Below, piece after piece: positions 9,083 to 21,236 of a stretch of DNA of 64,000 nucleotides. Below the pieces are notes generated by a model. It made no database searches. It saw only the letters and a list, made by a program, of their open reading frames with translations, and had not been told where the DNA came from. Numbering within the stretch: position 1 is the stretch's first letter; the number at the start of each line of letters is the position of its first letter. The translations under genes were made by a program, and so were the position numbers. The stretch comes from an uncultured delta proteobacterium (GTDB lineage: Bacteria > Desulfobacterota > Desulfuromonadia > Desulfuromonadales > CAWANI01), in NCBI GenBank assembly GCA_963783365.1, contig CAWANI010000009.1, forward strand, positions 484,625 to 548,624, written 5' to 3'.

Positions 9083-10903
9083 ATGTGCGGAATCGCCGGG
9101 ATCGTTCACCGCCGCCCAGCAGGCATCTGTCACCAGCGTCTAGCGACTGCCGCGCGCCTGCTTCACCACCGTGGTCCCGACGACACCGGTTTTGCGGTAT
9201 ATGGCCGGGTGGCACTGGTGCATACGCGCCTGTCCATCATCGACCTCGCAGGCGGACATCAGCCCCTCGAAAGCAGTGACAGACAACTTGCACTGGTCGC
9301 CAACGGCGAAATCTACAACTATCGCGAACTTTTTGCCGAATGGCAGACTACGGGATGGGCTCCAAGAACCCGCTCCGACTGCGAGGCCATCCTGCAGGCC
9401 TATGCCGAAGTCGGCCTGGATGGGCTGAAGCTCCTCAACGGCATGTTCGCCTTCGCCCTGCACGATCGTTCCACGGGTAGTCTGATTCTGGGTCGCGACC
9501 GGCTCGGTATCAAGCCTCTCTTTTATACCGTCCAGCCCGATTTCGTCGCCTTCGCCTCGGAGATCAAGGGGCTTCTGGCCCTTCTGCCGCAAACCCCTTC
9601 CGTAAGCCCTGCCGCTCTTTACCAGTATCTCGAAAACAAGTTCATCAGCGGCGAAGAGACCATTTTCCAAGGGATCAGGCGCGTTCCGCCAGGATGCTGC
9701 CTGAGCGTATCCGCCGACCTCGCTACCCAGATGCATCGCTACTGGAGCGCGGCAGAAGTCGTTCCGCAGAAGATCAAACAGGAGGAGGCCGAAGAGCGGT
9801 TTGAGATGCTCATGGCCCATGTCATGGAAGAGCACATGCGCTCGGACGTGCCCTTCGGGCTGTTCCTCTCGGGCGGGGTCGATTCGGCGACGCTGTGCGC
9901 CCTTCTGCATGCTCATGGAGCGGGCCCCATCCGGACCTATTCGGTGGGGTACAAGGACACCGCCAAGCGCAACGAGCTTGGCGATGCCGCCCGTATCGCC
10001 GGGATCTTCGGCACACAGCACGAGGAACTTCTCCTCGATACCGAGGACCTTTTCCGGCGCATTCCCCTGATGATCCATGCCGCCGACGAGCTGATGCTGG
10101 ATGACGCCGCCTTGCCGACCTCTTTGCTGGCCGAGCGGGCCGCCAGGGATCTGAAGGTGGTGTTTACCGGAGAAGGTGGGGACGAGGTATTTGCCGGCTA
10201 CGGCCGGTACCGAAGAACGTGGATGCAGCGTTTTTTGGCCAATCTCATCGCTCCCGGCTCTGGGGGATTCCGCACGCGCAAAAGTTGGTCGTCCGGTGAG
10301 GAAAAGGACCTCTTTTCCGACCCTCTGCATGCCGTCGCAGGGGCCGGCCGGGCGCCTTTCATCGCCAGTTGGCGGAAGACTCCCAAGGGCTGGAGTCACC
10401 TGCAGCGCGCTCAATTTACCGATATGGAAACGGAACTGGTCGACGACTTTCTGGTGAAGGCGGATCGGGCCCTGATGAGTTTTGGTTTGGAAGGGCGCGT
10501 CCCCTTTCTCGATCACCGTATCGTCGAATTCGGCCTCTCTTTGCCCGACTCTCTGAAGATTCAGGGTCGGGTGGGCAAACTCTTTTTACGCCGGTGGGCC
10601 CTGAAGGATCTGCCCCGGGATCATCTGTTTCAGACGAAGCGCGGGTTTCACGTTCCGGTCGCCGGATTTTTCACCCCGCCGGTACTGCAGCGACTCGCTA
10701 TTGTATTGCCGCAGAGTCGAGCCATTCGTGAGTATTTCAATCCAACGGGCGTTTCCTGGTTGGTTCAACAGGTCCTGGTCGGAGGAGAGGGGATCGGCAA
10801 GCTCTGGCGCCTGATGCATTTCGCCATCTGGCACAGGATGTTTGTCGAAGAGCCCATTTTGCGGCCCGCCCCTGGCGAAGACCCCCTTCAGTGGCTGGTA
10901 TAG
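9083..10903 (+). CDS. asnB: Asparagine synthase (glutamine-hydrolysing) family amidotransferase
   Basis: MCGIAG, HRGPD, RLSIID, NGEIYN, LSGGVDS, GEGGDE, EGRVPFLD. Confidence 0.93.
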   Translation: MCGIAGIVHRRPAGICHQRLATAARLLHHRGPDDTGFAVYGRVALVHTRLSIIDLAGGHQPLESSDRQLALVANGEIYNYRELFAEWQTTGWAPRTRSDCEAILQAYAEVGLDGLKLLNGMFAFALHDRSTGSLILGRDRLGIKPLFYTVQPDFVAFASEIKGLLALLPQTPSVSPAALYQYLENKFISGEETIFQGIRRVPPGCCLSVSADLATQMHRYWSAAEVVPQKIKQEEAEERFEMLMAHVMEEHMRSDVPFGLFLSGGVDSATLCALLHAHGAGPIRTYSVGYKDTAKRNELGDAARIAGIFGTQHEELLLDTEDLFRRIPLMIHAADELMLDDAALPTSLLAERAARDLKVVFTGEGGDEVFAGYGRYRRTWMQRFLANLIAPGSGGFRTRKSWSSGEEKDLFSDPLHAVAGAGRAPFIASWRKTPKGWSHLQRAQFTDMETELVDDFLVKADRALMSFGLEGRVPFLDHRIVEFGLSLPDSLKIQGRVGKLFLRRWALKDLPRDHLFQTKRGFHVPVAGFFTPPVLQRLAIVLPQSRAIREYFNPTGVSWLVQQVLVGGEGIGKLWRLMHFAIWHRMFVEEPILRPAPGEDPLQWLV

Positions 10904-11170
10904 ATCCGATACCTTACGGCATTCCAACATGACATGTCCATGCCGGAGGAGAGGGGAATGATGGCGAAACGGCTTCGCTGGTCGATGTCGATCCTGGCAT
11001 AGTTACTTCTTCCGGCTGCGCCACCCTGCCGTACGGGCCGCGATGGAGGGAGAACGCCACCTTGCGGCCCCGGCTGGGCTCGAAACCGCCGCTGCCCATG
11101 CGGGTCGTCCCCCCGGGGAGCACCGGGGGGAGGAGAAAAGAGAGGGGGGAACCGTGCGGCGGGGCACGCC

Positions 11171-11492
11171 TCAGATAGATGGGACCTGAACGAGTACTCT
11201 CCCCCCCCCCCTCGTCGGTCCGGACGGGCAGCAGGGGGAGGTTGCGCTGCGCCGGTCCCCTGGTCACGGCGCCTTCGGGAGCGAAGGTCGAACCGTGGCA
11301 GGGGCAGATGAAGGAGCGATCGGGCGCGAGGTTCAGGGTGCACCGGCGGTGCGTTCAGATGCTGGAGAGGGCGAAGAGCCGCCCGCCCCGGCGGACCAGG
11401 AAGAATCCCTGGTAGCGGAAGCGGTCGTACACCCCTTCCTCCCGGTAGTGTCTTTCCGGGCGGTCCATCCCGCCGATGACTGCGATACACAC
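11171..11492 (-). pseudogene. Chimeric DUF2325-like N-terminus plus Rieske [2Fe-2S] domain with in-frame TGA
   Basis: GTG start, MCIAVIGGMDRPERHYREEG...FALSSI-TGA-THRRC...FICPCHGSTF...GPA; G11 tract (11201-11211) shifts the C-terminus. Confidence 0.6.
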
Positions 11493-11508
11493 GTAACCCC
11501 CTTTCCTT

Positions 11509-11721
11509 GGTAATGATGTTCGTTTTCAATCTGTGCCCTGAAAAAATATCTGCCTTATCTCTTTGGGGTCTGCCGACGGGGCCAGACAATTGAAGGGGGT
11601 CGCGCATCCTCCTGCGTGTCGGGGTTGCCTGGAAGGTGTCACAAAATTGATAATGAAAAGGTTTTCAGGTTATGGGGAAAAAGATCTCCGGCGTCAAATA
11701 AAAAATGACTTTCTTTTTCAA
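11509..11721 (-). promoter_or_regulatory. Three Fur-box-like sites
   Basis: GGTAATGATGTTCGTTTTCAAT (11509-11530), ATTGATAATGAAAAGGTTTTCA (11646-11667), AAAAATGACTTTCTTTTTCAA (11701-11721) resemble GATAATGATAATCATTATC. Confidence 0.55.
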
Positions 11722-11934
11722 AAAATACAACCCGGCTGTTTCAGCATCCTGCCGAAGACCGGAAAGGGAGCGAAAATCGGCCGGAAAGAGCTACCGCTTT
11801 AAAAAGGCCGGGAACCTTTCGGCTTCCCTGCGCATCTAAGAAGTGAGAGCCGGAAAAAGGAGTCCTGAAAGGATGATGGCAAATGAATCCGGCGCTACCC
11901 CGGAGGCCGTATCGGATCGGCAGGTGGCGGACCG

Positions 11935-11963
11935 TGGAAATGACAACCGAAAACTGACCACCT
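11935..11963. mobile_element. Possible IS21-type terminal inverted repeat remnant
   Basis: TGGAAATGACAACCGAAAACTGACCACC resembles IS21 ends; abuts the IS3 fragment. Confidence 0.35.
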
Positions 11964-12115
11964 GTGATCACCGAATACATCGAAATCTTCTACAATCGCC
12001 AAAGGAAACAGGCCCGGCTCGGCTATCTCTCGCCAGCGGCCTACGAACAGAAATATTTCAAAGAGCTAAGAGCCGCTTAAGGAATTTTGGTGTCCGCTAT
12101 TGACGACCGACCCCA
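11964..12115 (+). mobile_element. IS3-family transposase C-terminal fragment and right end
   Basis: ITEYIEIFYNRQRKQARLGYLSPAAYEQ followed by TGTCCGCTATTGACGACCGACCCCA. Confidence 0.8.
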
Positions 12116-12181
12116 CCCACGGCCCTCTTTGGCAATAGGAGTAAGTCGAACAAGTGTAACGGCTCTGGGACTCGGAGAGAA

Positions 12182-13612
12182 TTACAGATAGGGGGAGAAG
12201 AGTTTGGCAAAGGCATCCCGGAGCTTTTGCGGCAGGGGACGGCCATCGACTTCCGGCAGGGTGAGTTCGTGGGAGCGGGCGCAGACGTCATCGAAATGGC
12301 GATGAAGTTTATCCGTGAGCTCCCGGTCGTAGACTTCGACATTGAACTCGAAATTGAGCCGCAGGCTGCGGGGATCGAGGTTGGCCGAACCGGCCAGGAC
12401 ATACTCATCGTCGACCAGCAGCAGCTTGCTGTGGACGAAGGGGGGCGGCTGATAGAAAATCCGGGTGCCGTATTCCAACATCTCCCAGTGGTAGGCCCAG
12501 GACGCCCAGGCGACATAAAAGAGATTGTTTTTCCCCGGCAGGACGATATCGATCTCCACCCCCCGTAGGGCGGCGGAGTTGATGGCGGTGATCAGGGAGC
12601 GATCCGGAATGAAATAGGGGGTCATGATCCGGACACGCCGGCGGGCGCAGTTGAGTGCCCCTACCACAATCCAGGTCAGTTTTTCGAAGTCCTCGTTGGG
12701 CCCGGCGCTGATGCCGCGACAGAAGGCTTCCCCGCCGGGCACGGGCGGCGGATAGGGCACGTCATCGAAGTCCTCGCCGGTGACGAAGTGCCAATCCTCC
12801 AGAAACGCTTCCTGAAGATGGCCGACGATCTGGCCCTCAAGGCGAAAGTGGATGTCCTCCACCCGCCTGGCATTGCTGCGCTCGGCGGCCAGGTGACGAT
12901 CGCCGATATTCATCCCTCCGGTAAAGCCGACGCTGTCGTCGATCACCAGCAGTTTGCGGTGATTGCGCAGATTAAAATAGATTCCCCGGCCCGAGACAGA
13001 GGGCGGCAGAAAACGGGCCACCCGAATCCCGGTGCCGCGCATCAGGCGGCCAACGGGGGGAAAGGAGTATCTCTCGCCGAGACCGTCGATCAGAACCTTG
13101 ACCGTCACGCCGCGGTTTACGGCATTCTGCAGCGCTTCGACGAACTTTTTGCCGGTGTTGTCGGCATCGAAGATATAGGTGGACAGAACGACCGATCGGC
13201 GGGCCTCGCCGATGGCCTGAAGCATGGCGGGGTAGGCTTCTTCGCCGTTGTGGAGGGGCAGGATGCGGTTTCCCGAGAGAAGCGGCCGCCGGGTGACGGC
13301 ATCGGAGAGGCTGAGCAGGGCGGCATAGTTTTCCCTGCGAAAGGGAAGGGCCTCCTCGCGCTCGGGAGACCACTCACAGAGGCCGGGCTCGACCCAGACC
13401 ATCCCCTTGCCGAGGGCCTGCCAGTCCCGGGCGCGGGTGCGGATCCGGTTGACCCCGAAGAGCCAGTACAGACAGGCCCCCAAACCGGGCAGGGCGAGAC
13501 AGGTGACGATCCAGCCCAGGCCGGCCCGCGGGTCGCGCTTGTGCAACAGCGCATGTCCGGCCGAGAAAAGGACCGCCACACCCAGGGCGCTCCAGAGTAG
13601 CAGCTCGAGCAA
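12182..13612 (-). CDS. cls: Cardiolipin synthase
   Basis: Two N-terminal TM helices, HRKLLVIDD and HSKLLLVDD HKD motifs; TTG start after AAAGGAG. Confidence 0.9.
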   Translation of the reverse strand: MLELLLWSALGVAVLFSAGHALLHKRDPRAGLGWIVTCLALPGLGACLYWLFGVNRIRTRARDWQALGKGMVWVEPGLCEWSPEREEALPFRRENYAALLSLSDAVTRRPLLSGNRILPLHNGEEAYPAMLQAIGEARRSVVLSTYIFDADNTGKKFVEALQNAVNRGVTVKVLIDGLGERYSFPPVGRLMRGTGIRVARFLPPSVSGRGIYFNLRNHRKLLVIDDSVGFTGGMNIGDRHLAAERSNARRVEDIHFRLEGQIVGHLQEAFLEDWHFVTGEDFDDVPYPPPVPGGEAFCRGISAGPNEDFEKLTWIVVGALNCARRRVRIMTPYFIPDRSLITAINSAALRGVEIDIVLPGKNNLFYVAWASWAYHWEMLEYGTRIFYQPPPFVHSKLLLVDDEYVLAGSANLDPRSLRLNFEFNVEVYDRELTDKLHRHFDDVCARSHELTLPEVDGRPLPQKLRDAFAKLFSPYL

Positions 13613-13759
13613 GAAAACTCCTTTGCAGCTCCCCGCCGACGTCCACGGCCTGTCTGAAGGCGACGAAAAGCAAGGGCACACCCCGAACGCAGAGCGGCAG
13701 AGCTTATTTACGGCAGACCTTCGGTATTTTCTCCGCCCGCGGCGCCGGGTAATGGATCT

Positions 13760-14089
13760 TTACCGCAAACTGGTGGCACAGCGCGGACAGGTGAGCATAC
13801 TGGTGGAGGGGACCTTGTGCCCGCAGGTGGGGCAATTGAACCAGTATTTGCAATATTTACACTGAGGCTCTGAGAGCCCCTGCTTTTTTTTGCATTTGGG
13901 GCAACGCCGGTACATTTTGCGTTTGTCGATATAGTCGGCGAACAGCAGGCCGCAGCGGGGGCATTCCTGGGCGTCCCTTTTGCGGATCTCGGCACCACAA
14001 TTGGGTTGGGGGCAAACAAAGACCGTCTTGCAGGCGCTGCACCAGTACTTTCCCTTCGTCGTTTCTTTGCACACCGGGCATTTTTCCAT
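13760..14089 (-). CDS. Cys-rich multi zinc-ribbon protein
   Basis: Seven CxxC and one Cx4C in 109 aa. Confidence 0.8.
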   Translation of the reverse strand: MEKCPVCKETTKGKYWCSACKTVFVCPQPNCGAEIRKRDAQECPRCGLLFADYIDKRKMYRRCPKCKKKQGLSEPQCKYCKYWFNCPTCGHKVPSTSMLTCPRCATSLR

Positions 14090-14180
14090 AGGAGATCCTC
14101 GGCAGGTCTTTGAAATTACTCGCTGATTTTCAGATTAGCATGTTCGTTGACAAAACCCAAGGCCCGAGGGCCGAGGCATG

Positions 14181-14209
14181 AAAAAAGCCGGTCCCCGAAG
14201 GAGCCGGCT
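14181..14209 (-). terminator. Intrinsic terminator after rubrerythrin
   Basis: AGCCGGCTCC-TTCG-GGGACCGGCT followed by a T-run on the minus strand. Confidence 0.7.
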
Positions 14210-14231
14210 CAAAGGGGGAAAGGCGAGATTC

Positions 14232-14741
14232 TCAGGGGATTTTTTTAAAAACCGATTTAGGGGAGCCGCAGATTTCGCAGGGACCGTCCGGTTCCCCTTC
14301 GACCGTGTTGCCGCAGACCTGGCAAACGTAATAGTCGACCGCCTCTGCCTGGCCGAGTTTTTTCAGGGCCTTCTGGTAGAGGTTGGCATGGACTTTTTCC
14401 ACCTCGTTGGCATAGGTGAAGCCGTCGAGGGCTTCTTCGAAATCCTCCTCGGAGGCCTCGCGGATCATCTGGGGATACATCTTGGTGAATTCTTCTGTCT
14501 CGCCGGTGATCGCGGCGCGCAGATTCTCTTCGGTGGAACCGATACCCCCCAGGACCCTCAGGTGGGCGTGGGCATGAACCGTTTCCGCATCGGCGGCGGC
14601 TCGAAACAGTTTGGCAATCTGGGGATATCCCTCGGTCTCGGCCTTTTTCGCAAAGGCCAGGTATTTGCGGTTGGCCTGAGACTCTCCGGCAAAGGCTTCC
14701 CGCAGATTTCCCTCCGTCTTGCTTCCGCTCAAATCGGCCAT
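14232..14741 (-). CDS. rbr: Rubrerythrin
   Basis: AFAGESQANRKY, ETVH, EKVH, C-terminal CQVCG...CEICG. Confidence 0.95.
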   Translation of the reverse strand: MADLSGSKTEGNLREAFAGESQANRKYLAFAKKAETEGYPQIAKLFRAAADAETVHAHAHLRVLGGIGSTEENLRAAITGETEEFTKMYPQMIREASEEDFEEALDGFTYANEVEKVHANLYQKALKKLGQAEAVDYYVCQVCGNTVEGEPDGPCEICGSPKSVFKKIP

Positions 14742-14922
14742 GACCCGGCTCTCCTTCCTTGAAAACAAATCCGACTGAAAATTTTGGACAACGGATACAA
14801 GTTTAGCGGCCCGAACCGATATGTCAACCCGATGCCGGGGTTGGAGGAGGCGTTGCTGCCGCTCTTCGGGATTCGCCGGTCGACGAGAGCCCTGGCGGAA
14901 AAGTTCCGTTGACTGGCGGAAA

Positions 14923-15579
14923 TTATTTTTTTTGGCAAGCCTTTTCCAGGTCCCCGGCCTTGCCGATCATGATCAGCAGGTCGCTGTCCTTGATGACGTG
15001 GTTGGCCGGCGGCACCGGCGTGAAGACATCGGTGAGGACATCCTTGATGCCGATGATGGTGACGTTGAACTTGCGGCGCAAATCGAGGTCGATGAGGGTT
15101 TTGCCGACGAAGTGGGCGGGCGGGGCCGCTTCGGTGATGGAGTAATCCTCTGCCAGCGGGATGAACTCCAGGATATTGGGGCTGGAGATGCCTCGGGCGG
15201 TTTTGACCGCCATATCCTTTTCCGGAAAGATGATGTCCGTCGCCCCGACCTTTTTCAGGATCGTGCCGTGATCCTCGTCGAGAGCCTTGACCAGAATCCG
15301 GGGCACTTTGAGCTCTTTCAGGTAGAGGGTGATCAGGGTTGAGAGGTGGGAACGCTCCCCGGTGGACACGACCACGGCATCCATCTCGCCGATGCCCTGG
15401 CCCTTGAGAAACTCCTTGTTGGCCGCATCCCCCAGCAGGGCGTAGGAGGCGAAGTCCTGAATGCGCTGAACCTTGTCCCGGTCCGTGTCGATGGCGACCA
15501 CCTCATGGCCGGCTTCGTAGAGGGTGCGGGCCACGTGGAAGCCGAAATTCCCCAGACCGATAATGCAGAAACGTTTCAT
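14923..15579 (-). CDS. trkA: Trk/Ktr potassium uptake NAD-binding subunit
   Basis: IIGLGNFG, RCK_N and RCK_C domains. Confidence 0.9.
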   Translation of the reverse strand: MKRFCIIGLGNFGFHVARTLYEAGHEVVAIDTDRDKVQRIQDFASYALLGDAANKEFLKGQGIGEMDAVVVSTGERSHLSTLITLYLKELKVPRILVKALDEDHGTILKKVGATDIIFPEKDMAVKTARGISSPNILEFIPLAEDYSITEAAPPAHFVGKTLIDLDLRRKFNVTIIGIKDVLTDVFTPVPPANHVIKDSDLLIMIGKAGDLEKACQKK

Positions 15580-15614
15580 ACCGTTTGATCTCCATTCCAT
15601 GAGATCGGCCGGCA

Positions 15615-16997
15615 TCAGCCGATCATGATGTTTTCCTCCGAATAGCGGATCGCATCCTGGCGAGAATGTTTGACGAAGGTAAAGGCCATGGTCAACAGCC
15701 CGACCCGGCCGACGAACATGAGGAAGATGATGATGATTTTTCCCATGGGGGTCAAGAGGGCCGTCCCCCCCAGCGAGAGCCCCACCGTGCCGAAAGCGGA
15801 AATTGCCTCGAAGGCGAATTCGAGCAACCCTCCCGAACTGTGGCTGGCGGAGATCCCCGGGTATTGGACGACCAACAGCGCGAAGGTGGCGGCGCCCAGC
15901 AGCAGGGAGGCGAGCATCACCAGGGTGAGCGTTTTGGTGGCGATATCGTCAGGAATGGTGCGTTTAAACATGTTGGTGTGGCGATTGCCTTTCAGACGGC
16001 TGTGCAGGATGCCGACGAACAGGGCCAGGCTGGTGGTTTTGATGCCGCCGCCGGTCGAGCCCGGAGACGCGCCGATGAACATCAGGGTCATGATCAGAAA
16101 CAGGGTCGGAATCCGGAAGCGGTTGAGATCGATGGTATTGAAGCCGGCAGTGCGGGCGGTCACCGATTGAAAGAGAGCGGTCCATACGCTCTGCCCCGCC
16201 CCCATATGTTGAAAAGAGGAAGAATACTCGAGAACGCCGATGAGCAGGGCCCCGCCGAAAATGAGGATGGCGGTGGTAATGAGGACCAGGCGCGAATGCA
16301 GTGACAGGCGCCGGCGCCCCGGTCGGCCGGGCCTCGAGAGATCGAGAACCTCGCGGATGACCAGAAATCCGATCCCCCCCAGAATGATGAGCCCCATGAT
16401 GGTCAGGTTGACAAGGGGGCTGTTCCGGTAGGCGACCAGGCTGTCGGGAAACAGGGCGAACCCGGCGTTGCAGAAGGCGGAGATGGAGTGGAACACGCCG
16501 TAGTAGATCCCCTTGGCCCACCCGAACTTGGGAACGAAGGCGATCGCCAGCAGGGCTGCGCCGATGCCCTCGATGGCGGCGGTCATGAGGAAGATGCTGC
16601 GCACCAGGGAGGTGAGAGACTCAACCGGGGTGTGCAGCAGGGTCTCATGGATGATCCAGCGCCCCCGGGTGCTTACCCCCAGGCGCAGATAGAAAAAGAG
16701 GTAGACCGAAAAGGTGGTGATTCCCAATCCTCCGATCTGGATCAGGACCAGGACGACGAGCTGGCCGAAGAGGGTCAGCTTGGTGCCCGTATCGACCACC
16801 ACCAGACCCGTGACGCATTGAGCCGAGGTGGCGGTGAAGAGGGCGTCCAGAAAAGAAAGGTGTGAGCCGTGGGCGGCGATCGGCAGGGTGAGGGCCAGCG
16901 CTCCCAGCACAATCGACAAGGCAAAGTAAGAGATCAGGGCCCCGCCGGGCGAGAAGTTCCGCCGGCGCCATCGCGTGAGATTCATAATATTTCCCAT
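15615..16997 (-). CDS. trkH: Trk/Ktr potassium uptake membrane subunit
   Basis: SAQCVTGL, SAFCNAGF, TARTAGF, SAFGTVGLS pore loops. Confidence 0.93.
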   Translation of the reverse strand: MGNIMNLTRWRRRNFSPGGALISYFALSIVLGALALTLPIAAHGSHLSFLDALFTATSAQCVTGLVVVDTGTKLTLFGQLVVLVLIQIGGLGITTFSVYLFFYLRLGVSTRGRWIIHETLLHTPVESLTSLVRSIFLMTAAIEGIGAALLAIAFVPKFGWAKGIYYGVFHSISAFCNAGFALFPDSLVAYRNSPLVNLTIMGLIILGGIGFLVIREVLDLSRPGRPGRRRLSLHSRLVLITTAILIFGGALLIGVLEYSSSFQHMGAGQSVWTALFQSVTARTAGFNTIDLNRFRIPTLFLIMTLMFIGASPGSTGGGIKTTSLALFVGILHSRLKGNRHTNMFKRTIPDDIATKTLTLVMLASLLLGAATFALLVVQYPGISASHSSGGLLEFAFEAISAFGTVGLSLGGTALLTPMGKIIIIFLMFVGRVGLLTMAFTFVKHSRQDAIRYSEENIMIG

Positions 16998-17109
16998 GGG
17001 TTTTAGCCGCGATGCTAACGTTCCGGAGGGGACAAATCAAGGGAAAATCACCCGCCGCTCAGTCTCCTTGCCCTCGCGTCCCCCCCTTCTCCTTGAGCGG
17101 ATTTCCGCG

Positions 17110-19932
<2,823 letters not shown>

Positions 19933-19936
<4 letters not shown>

Positions 19937-21074
19937 GGTTTTAAGGTAGGTGCGAGGCCCGAGGTTCTAGGCCCAAGGCGAAAAGCGAAGTCCGGAAAAC
20001 CCGGAACGCAGAGTTTTGTGTTTTGAGGTTTACCTCGGGCCTTGGGCCTCGGGCCTCGGGCCTGATTCACCATCTCCTCCGCCATGCGGATCGCCGCGAT
20101 CAGGCTTTTTTCGCTCGCCCGGCCGGTGCCGGCGAGGTCATAGGCGGTGCCGTGATCGACGCTGGTGCGGACGATGGGCAGGCCGAGGGTGACGTTGACC
20201 CCGTCGTCGAAATGCAGCAGCTTCAGGGGGATCAAGCCCCTGATCGTGGTACATGCAGACGACCGCGTCGTAGGCTCCCTGCGCGGCGAAGTGAAAGAGG
20301 GTATCGGCGCTGTGCGGCCCGCTGGCGGCGATTCCCTCCCGCCGGGCCGCCTCGATGGCCGGGCTGAATCAGCGCGCTCCTCCTCGCCGCCGAAGAGTCC
20401 GCCCTCGCCGGCATGGGGGTTGAGGGCCAGCACCGCCAGTCGCGGGTCGGTCCGGCCGAAAAACCGGCGAAGGGAGGCCGCGGTGATGCGGATCGTGGCG
20501 AGGATCTCTGCCGCGGTCAGGGCCGCCGGCACGTCGACGAGGGCCATATGGGTGGTGACGAGGGCGACTTTGAGGCGCTCGCCCGCCAGCATCATTACCA
20601 CCTTGTCCACGCCGCAGCGCTCGCCAGCAGCTCGGTGTGGCCGGGAAAGGGGGAGCCGGCGGCCCGGATCGCCGCCTTGTTGATCGGGGCGGTCACCATC
20701 GCCGCCGCTTCCCCGGCGAGACAGCGGTCGCAGGCCCACTCGATGTAGGCGACCATGGCCCGGCCGCACGCTCCGTCGGGGCGGCCGTAGGCAAGCTGTC
20801 CGGCGGCAAGCTCGGAGAGGGCGCGGATCGCCAGGGAGCGGCCGTCGACGGCGAGTCGGTGAGTCGCCAGACCCTGCTCCGGGGTCACCGTGGCCTCGGC
20901 GCCGAAAACCGCCGCCGCTCGCAGCAGCACGGCCGGGTCCCCGGCCACCAGCAGGGGCCGGGAGATTCCGTCGAACGCCCCGGTGAGCAGGGCCTTGAGG
21001 AGGATTTCCGGTCCGACGCCGGTCGGATCGCCCATGGTCAGGATGATCGGTTTTTCCTTCTCCCCTCGCGACAT
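19933..21074 (-). CDS. pdxA: 4-hydroxythreonine-4-phosphate dehydrogenase (frameshifted; repeat-derived C-terminal tail)
   Basis: [41 protein letters not shown]. Confidence 0.93.
19953..20063. repeat. Inverted array of GGCCC(G/A)A heptamers
   Basis: CGAGGCCCGAGG..TAGGCCCAAGG ... CCTCGGGCCTTGGGCCTCGGGCCTCGGGCCT; related half copy at about 14156-14176. Confidence 0.7.
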
Positions 21075-21131
21075 CAGACGGACTCCCTCTTCATCGGAAA
21101 GCGCAGCGGACAAAGGAGCCCCAGACGCACC

Positions 21132-21162
21132 AAAACCCCGTCACCGGAGGGGCGGGGCTTTT
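21132..21162. terminator. Terminator-like hairpin between surA and pdxA
   Basis: AAAACCCCGTCACCGGAGGGGCGGGGCTTTT. Confidence 0.45.
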
Positions 21163-21236
21163 CGGCCGGACAGCGCTCCTGCATGCCGGCTTCTCTTTCC
21201 GGATTGGTGGCGGATAACCTCCCAGGAGGCGCAGGG

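Noticed and set aside
10990-11110. GGFEPSRGRKVAFSLHRGPYG as a cold-shock-domain fragment
   Set aside because: Similarity too short and weak to support without a search
11725-11835. Hairpins GCCGAAAGGT and GCTGAAACAGC as a c-di-GMP/GEMM riboswitch
   Set aside because: The GGCAAA...GAAA...GACGCAAA core and P2 consensus could not be found
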